Assembly (NCBI GenBank): GCA_019828565.1
Contig: JAHDYR010000049.1
Coordinates: forward strand, 1 to 11,799
Reading direction: 5' to 3'
DNA length: 11,799 nucleotides
DNA from: Carpediemonas membranifera BICM
Lineage: Eukaryota > Protista > Fornicata
The notes below the pieces were generated by a model, which searched no databases, was not told the origin of the DNA, and saw nothing but the letters and a program-made list of their open reading frames with translations. Positions 6,837 to 11,799 of the stretch are shown here, one piece after another. Numbering within the stretch: the first letter of the stretch is position 1; each line of letters opens with the position of its first letter. The position numbers and the translations under genes are program-made.

Positions 6837-7688
6837 TCAGAACTTGCCACTCTGATAGTCCTCGAAGGCTTGGTAAAGCTCCTCCTGCGTGTTCATCACG
6901 ATGGGCCCGCGCCACGCCACAGGCTCATTCAGGCTCCGGCCGCTGACGAGCAGGAACCGAGCCCCAGAGTCGCCGGCACGGAGTGAGGCGTGGTCACCGT
7001 CGCCCAGCACCGCCAACTGGCCCCTCTCAAGACCCTTGCCGGCATGGTTGACAAGAGACCCCTCGATGACGTGGACGAAGCCAGCGTGCCCCTCCGGAAC
7101 CGTCTGTGCGTAGACGGCGTTCGGGTCCAGGGTCACGTCAACGTATAGTGGCTGGGTGGCGATCTGCTTCACCACGCCCTCCGTTCCGTTGTCTGTTGTC
7201 CCGGCGATGACCTTCGTCGACATGCCATCGCGGACCTCGACGGGGATCTGGGCGGCGGTAAACTCCTGGTATGCGGGCGGGGTCATCTTGCTGACCGCGG
7301 GGAGGTTAATCCAAAGCTGGAAGCCGGCGAGGAGACCGTCCCGCTGCTCGGGCATCTCAGAGTGGATGATGCCGCGGCCGGCCGTCATCCACTGCACGCC
7401 GCCTTGCTCGATGACGCCCTCATGCCCGGCGTTATCCTTGTGGCGCATACGGCCGGCCGTGAGGTATGTGACGGTCTCAAAGCCACGGTGAGGGTGCGGA
7501 GGAAAGCCTGCGATGTAGTCCTGCGGCTTATCGGAGCCAAACGCGTCCAGCATAAGCAGCGGATCCAGACTGCCGACGGAACCAGCACCGAGCATTCGCC
7601 GAAGTGAAACACCGGCGCCATCGGAGGTGAGAACGCCATTGGTGACTGCTATGAACGGTCTAGCGATGTTGCGAAGTACTTGAAGCAT
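6837..7688 (-). CDS. Pirin family bicupin protein, 283 aa
   Basis: DGAGV, DPLLMLD, GFPPHPHRGFETVTY, GGVQWMTAGRGIIHSEMP (3 His + Glu metal ligands intact), GFQLWINLP, LNEPVAWRGPIVMNT. Confidence 0.97.
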   Translation of the reverse strand: MLQVLRNIARPFIAVTNGVLTSDGAGVSLRRMLGAGSVGSLDPLLMLDAFGSDKPQDYIAGFPPHPHRGFETVTYLTAGRMRHKDNAGHEGVIEQGGVQWMTAGRGIIHSEMPEQRDGLLAGFQLWINLPAVSKMTPPAYQEFTAAQIPVEVRDGMSTKVIAGTTDNGTEGVVKQIATQPLYVDVTLDPNAVYAQTVPEGHAGFVHVIEGSLVNHAGKGLERGQLAVLGDGDHASLRAGDSGARFLLVSGRSLNEPVAWRGPIVMNTQEELYQAFEDYQSGKF

Positions 7689-8050
7689 GTTCTATGGTTG
7701 TTAAGAAGTGAGACTGCAGTGGCAGCTGCCGCCGTATCATGGTCCACCGTAATCGTGTGCATTAAACTGCGGGAGGCTAGAGCCAGGCGAGGGATGCGAC
7801 ATGATCACTTCATGAGCACTACGCAGCTACCAGACTGCAGCTCCTCATTTTGGGGGAGAGGAATATGGCAGTGCCCGCCCAACCCCGCCCATTAAGTGCC
7901 AGCGGGACCCCTCTCGCTCCTAGCACCTCACGCTAACCTGTAGGGCTGATCGTTGTAGGCTAGGAGGATTTGCTTAAACTCGAGGAATAGAGGTGCATCT
8001 TTGGACACTTGCTGAAGACAACTCGATTCAACGATTGGTCATACGCGTCA

Positions 8051-9772
8051 ATGGCCAAATTTACTGACGAGAATGGCATCAAAAATGCTCTTAAGGAAGC
8101 TTTCATCATTGCTGAAACCTTAACTGCAGCAATTCCTGGAGATATTCCCACATTGCTTCAATGCTGCTTCAAGACACTCTTTAACGATACTATAAGAGAT
8201 GATCCATCAACAAAAATGCGTATAACGACTGATGTCACACCATCAATGGAATCTGTCAACTATTTAGTCCAAATCCTGGACTCAATCTCACTCTCGCGCA
8301 AAGGCTTCTTCCGCCCCAAGAAGTCCCCCAAAGCCCAAGCGTACCTCGACGTAGCCCGCTCCATCCTCATTGACGGCCCAGAGATGAGCATGAACATCGA
8401 CCTGAGCAATTGTGGGCAGCTGCCCGACCGAGTCTACACCCTGCTCCAGGGCACCGTCTGGGCGATCCTCATGCAAGCTCAGGCCAGCCCGGATATCACG
8501 GCGCCCGGACAACTACGTCCACGAGGGGAGCCCGACTCCCGAGGCCTCTGGTTCCTCTGTAAGAAGTTCTTCTTCACCCTCCAGGTGGCAGAGAAGGAAG
8601 GCGAGGTCTCTTATTTTGGAGAGAATCGGAGCTTGTACCGTCTCTATGCATGCAGACTGTATGAACTCACACTGGCGATGGACGCGACGCCGCGGTTTGT
8701 CCGACTCCGAGACCTTCCCCCGGTTGTTCGTGCTTTCGGGCTAAACTGCGGAACGGCTCTATTTATCACACCGAAGGGAGTATACGGCAGGGCCCCAGCT
8801 GGGAACATATTATTCGGGGAGGAGTTCCGGTCCGACCAGCTCGGGCTGCTGTGGCCGACGTGCACCACCGTGACCAGGGCCAGGTTCAGCCTCTGCCCGG
8901 CTGTCTCAGTGTACGAGGCAGGCCTGCCCGCCTGGAGGAAGGACAGGCTGGCGACCCTGGTGCACGTCGATCCCGGCCTCGCCCTCATCGCGACACCAGT
9001 CGGGATTGTGGCAGCGGGGTTCCGGTCGTACTTCTTCACGGGGAAGGCCTCGGTTGGGTGGTCGATGGAAGAGCGACTGAGATTCACACCCGCCGTGCTG
9101 CCCCGTGATTTTGTACCAGATAGCTGGATTATTCATGACACGATCGCCATCCTGCGCCACGGTGCGAGGACATTGATCACAGGAGACAACGCGGTCGGTG
9201 AGCTCGGCCTGGGCCACACCGATGCGGTTTACTGCCCGGTCGAGCATTCTTTGGAAATTGACGACGTCATTCCGTGTACGATGTTTAACCTGTTCCTATC
9301 CGGCGACCAGGTCCTCTTCGCGGGCACCCCGCCCAAGGTGCTTGGAGGACTGCTCCCATGCCTGATCAGCGAGGACGTCGACTGTCTTCTGCCAATCCCG
9401 TTGATGTTCCCGCGGCCACTGAAGGGACTTGCATGCACCAGCACCTTCCTCGTCACCGTCTTCGAGGGAGACACCCGCGTCGTCTTCTCCCAGGGGGGAC
9501 TCGACCTGGTCAATTTCGCACAGAGTGAAACCTGTACGGAGTACAACTTCCCGTACGAGGTGAGTGCCGCCACTGTACCCCAAGGCCGCACCTTGTCTCA
9601 CGAGACCCTCGTCTTCCTCAGGGCATGCTCGGGCGAGTGGTTTGAAGTCGACATGAGTAACTCGGCCAAGTCGCCGACGCCCCGCCCCGCTGTGCCCAAC
9701 TCTGCTGCTAAGGTGCTGCTGGTGAAGAGCGTGGACGTGGCAGCGTCCGTCGACCCGACCCCACTGGAGTGA
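8051..9772 (+). CDS. Large hypothetical protein (~573 aa), beta-rich C-terminal half with one RCC1-like motif
   Basis: Long uninterrupted ORF, first ATG 8051 (alternative starts near 8384). ITGDNAVGELGLGH (9176-9217) matches the RCC1 GxNxxGQLGxG pattern. Confidence 0.75.
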   Translation: MAKFTDENGIKNALKEAFIIAETLTAAIPGDIPTLLQCCFKTLFNDTIRDDPSTKMRITTDVTPSMESVNYLVQILDSISLSRKGFFRPKKSPKAQAYLDVARSILIDGPEMSMNIDLSNCGQLPDRVYTLLQGTVWAILMQAQASPDITAPGQLRPRGEPDSRGLWFLCKKFFFTLQVAEKEGEVSYFGENRSLYRLYACRLYELTLAMDATPRFVRLRDLPPVVRAFGLNCGTALFITPKGVYGRAPAGNILFGEEFRSDQLGLLWPTCTTVTRARFSLCPAVSVYEAGLPAWRKDRLATLVHVDPGLALIATPVGIVAAGFRSYFFTGKASVGWSMEERLRFTPAVLPRDFVPDSWIIHDTIAILRHGARTLITGDNAVGELGLGHTDAVYCPVEHSLEIDDVIPCTMFNLFLSGDQVLFAGTPPKVLGGLLPCLISEDVDCLLPIPLMFPRPLKGLACTSTFLVTVFEGDTRVVFSQGGLDLVNFAQSETCTEYNFPYEVSAATVPQGRTLSHETLVFLRACSGEWFEVDMSNSAKSPTPRPAVPNSAAKVLLVKSVDVAASVDPTPLE

Positions 9773-10219
9773 GGCCTCTGGGCGGAGCAATCATTATATT
9801 GCTGTTAAACATGAAATTGACACAGATAAATTCGATGATGAAGTCATATCTGGCCATATCTTGTCGGATCTGAACAGCAAAAGATGAAGACATGAGAGCG
9901 CGCATCTGAAGACTGACATCGCAAGTGACTGATCATCAAACATGCGCACAGATTGCGGCTGTCTTTTTGCCATTTCTTATATCCGATTATGCGATAACAT
10001 CCAGAGGTTGATCTGGAAAATCATAACCATCACATTTTGCCTCATCGACTTTGGATCCATGCTTTCAGCTATTAGTCATAATGATCACCGGCCAGGGGAC
10101 ACTGTGACGCTGTTTCAAGTTTAGCTGAGTCGCCATAACAGGATGTTGTGTGCCCGAGCAGCCACCACTGCCGCTACAATCGGCAGCCAGTAACAGCACA
10201 TTTTACGAGTATGCACCAC

Positions 10220-10828
10220 CTAACCGTCTACCCGCTGAACCCCGCCCCCCAGCACCCGATCGGGGTCCCTCACGGTGGGCACGGGGTCCCTCACACAAGA
10301 CAGGACACGGGCCCTGATCGCTGCGGCGTCTGGTGCGGGGTTCCGTGGCTTGATGGTCACTGCTGGCTTCACAGCGACGTAGTCCGGGAACACAGCCCCG
10401 TGGGCGTCGGTCAGCTGGGACGTGGACGAAAGAGAGTTGAGCAGCACAGCCTGCTGCCGAAACTTCTGCAGATGGCTGGCCACACTGGTGCGGGTGATGT
10501 TTGGCACACCCATGGCCTCCAGCTCGGCCTGGATCACCCGGGGCTGCGCCGATTTGATGCCGTATTTTAAGACAGCCCTCTTGAAGCGGGCATGAAGCTC
10601 GGCAGTCCATCGTACTCGCCATTTGTGGACACTTCTCGTTGTTCCTTCCTTGATTGTGTCATTAAGACGAGCTTGAATCTCGCTCAACGTGTTGTCGTTG
10701 GATGTGAGTACTGTCCTCTCCAAAGCGCGAGTTGAGGCCGTGTGCTCTTCAGTTGCTTGCAATAGATCCATCATCTCTTCATTTCCCTCCGAATTAGGCG
10801 TCCGCGGTGTTTCTCCTGCATTATTCAT
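10220..10828 (-). CDS. GARP / SHAQKYF-class Myb-like transcription factor (~202 aa)
   Basis: KWRVRWTAELHARFKRAVLKYGIKSAQPRVIQAELEAMGVPNITRTSVASHLQKFR matches the GARP consensus RxxWTxELHxxFxxAVxxLG...A-PKxI...GLTxxxVASHLQKYR. First in-frame ATG is 10828; an upstream in-frame TGA lies at 10865-10867. Confidence 0.92.
   Translation of the reverse strand: MNNAGETPRTPNSEGNEEMMDLLQATEEHTASTRALERTVLTSNDNTLSEIQARLNDTIKEGTTRSVHKWRVRWTAELHARFKRAVLKYGIKSAQPRVIQAELEAMGVPNITRTSVASHLQKFRQQAVLLNSLSSTSQLTDAHGAVFPDYVAVKPAVTIKPRNPAPDAAAIRARVLSCVRDPVPTVRDPDRVLGGGVQRVDG
10261..10294 (-). repeat. 13-bp direct duplication (21-bp period) in the GARP C-terminus
   Basis: CGGGGTCCCTCAC (plus strand) at 10261-10273 and 10282-10294, encoding VRDP twice. 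Confidence 0.8.
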
Positions 10829-11423
10829 CACTTGGTTGCCGCAATCTACGAGCTTTCGCAAATCTCACTGGGATTTTGTGCAACCGTAAGATCGATCGAA
10901 TAAAGAGCCTTCCTAGGCCCGCCGGCCCTAGCCGGCCAAGCATGAGCACTTTTGGACGGTCTCACTGTGGCAAATCTTGAAATCGACAATATTCTGACAA
11001 TTTCACCTCGAGGAATGCTGACCAGGCTCGCATATGCGTTATCACGTTGCTCTCGACGCGTTTGCGCGGCACTCTGGCCACCATATACAGCTTCTCAAGA
11101 CTGTGTTGAGCCCCTGCAACTTGTTCTTGGTGGTCAAGATTTGTCCAGCACCAGAAGCTGGGTCAAATAATGGCTGCGGCAGGGTCAGCTGGGGATGTCA
11201 ACTGTGAGCACAGTACACCCCCGTGGATCCTCCTGCTCCCGTGGCAATCCGAGGTTTGTTCGTAAAACTGCCGCGGACTCAGCAAACGCTAGCATCAGCC
11301 AGGTTCCCCGGTGAGTGCCGCCACAAGGCACGGTGAGGCTGTCCAGCCAAGAGATGACGGCCAGGTGCACTACTCCTGCCTGGTCCGAGCGACCGACGTT
11401 GGTATGGCCCTTTCTACAGTCAG

Positions 11424-11447
11424 CAGGGCCAGGGTCAGGGTCAGGGT
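11424..11447 (+). repeat. Hexamer tandem repeat (CAGGG[C/T])4
   Basis: CAGGGC CAGGGT CAGGGT CAGGGT. Confidence 0.85.
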
Positions 11448-11799
11448 CTTCACTGTGTGGCGAGTGCATGGACGGAGCACTCATTCGAGATGTAAGTGAT
11501 GGAGAATGGACGTTTCTTCAGAAAATGCGCCCCTGGCTTCGCAATTTCTTCGATACTAGGCAAAGACAGCTGTTTGCGATGCTTCGCTGCGTGATGAGAG
11601 TTGGATCACTCATTTGGAGCCATTCCCATTGATCCCTTGCCCTATGTAACAACTACTGGCACAAAAACGCTCAATTCGATCCGTATAATCTCTTAGTTGA
11701 CGTCTATACCAGAATGCTGCATTGTATCACAAGTCTTGACAGATATGGCCATAAGCTGCACCGCCTGTGTGCTATTGAAGGGTCAAACAATGTGTTTAC

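Noticed and set aside
7961-7990. TAG reassigned to Gln (two in-frame TAGs upstream of the 8009 ORF; the GARP ORF also ends in TAG)
   Set aside because: None of the long, well-identified genes (integrase, tubulin, pirin, TBP-like, Rab) contains an internal TAG or TAA despite many Gln codons, so the standard code explains the window.
11185-11632. Overlapping short ORFs (99 aa minus, 105 aa plus)
   Set aside because: No motifs and no clear codon bias. They may be pseudogene debris but cannot be supported as genes.
9851-11751. Inverted match between TGGCCATATCTTGTC (9851-9865) and GACAGATATGGCCA (11738-11751) as transposon TIRs around the GARP gene
   Set aside because: Only ~14 bp with an indel; the flanks do not extend the match and no TSD is evident.

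Overview
Compact eukaryotic (protist) genomic DNA in the standard genetic code. It is most consistent with a fornicate metamonad such as Carpediemonas; this is an inference from Giardia-like alpha-tubulin signatures, very short intergenic spaces, a 30-nt intron and a GARP factor. Bases 1-1910 hold two nested Ty3/Gypsy chromovirus 3' ends (integrase + chromodomain, polypurine tract and very short candidate LTRs). These are followed by a possible gag-like ORF, head-to-head with an atypical intron-containing Rab-like GTPase. Next come a highly divergent TBP-fold gene lacking the TATA-intercalating Phe residues, an alpha-tubulin with K40E, a C-terminally hydrophobic hypothetical protein, a bacterial-type pirin with a candidate organelle presequence, a large hypothetical protein with one RCC1-like motif, and a GARP (SHLQKF) Myb-like transcription factor. 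Several non-coding oddities are reported as lower-confidence leads: ~63-bp periodic palindromes, a C/D-box-like arrangement, a 5.8S-like 40-mer and a TCAGGG/G4 tract. All protein calls come from motif recognition by eye; no searches were run.
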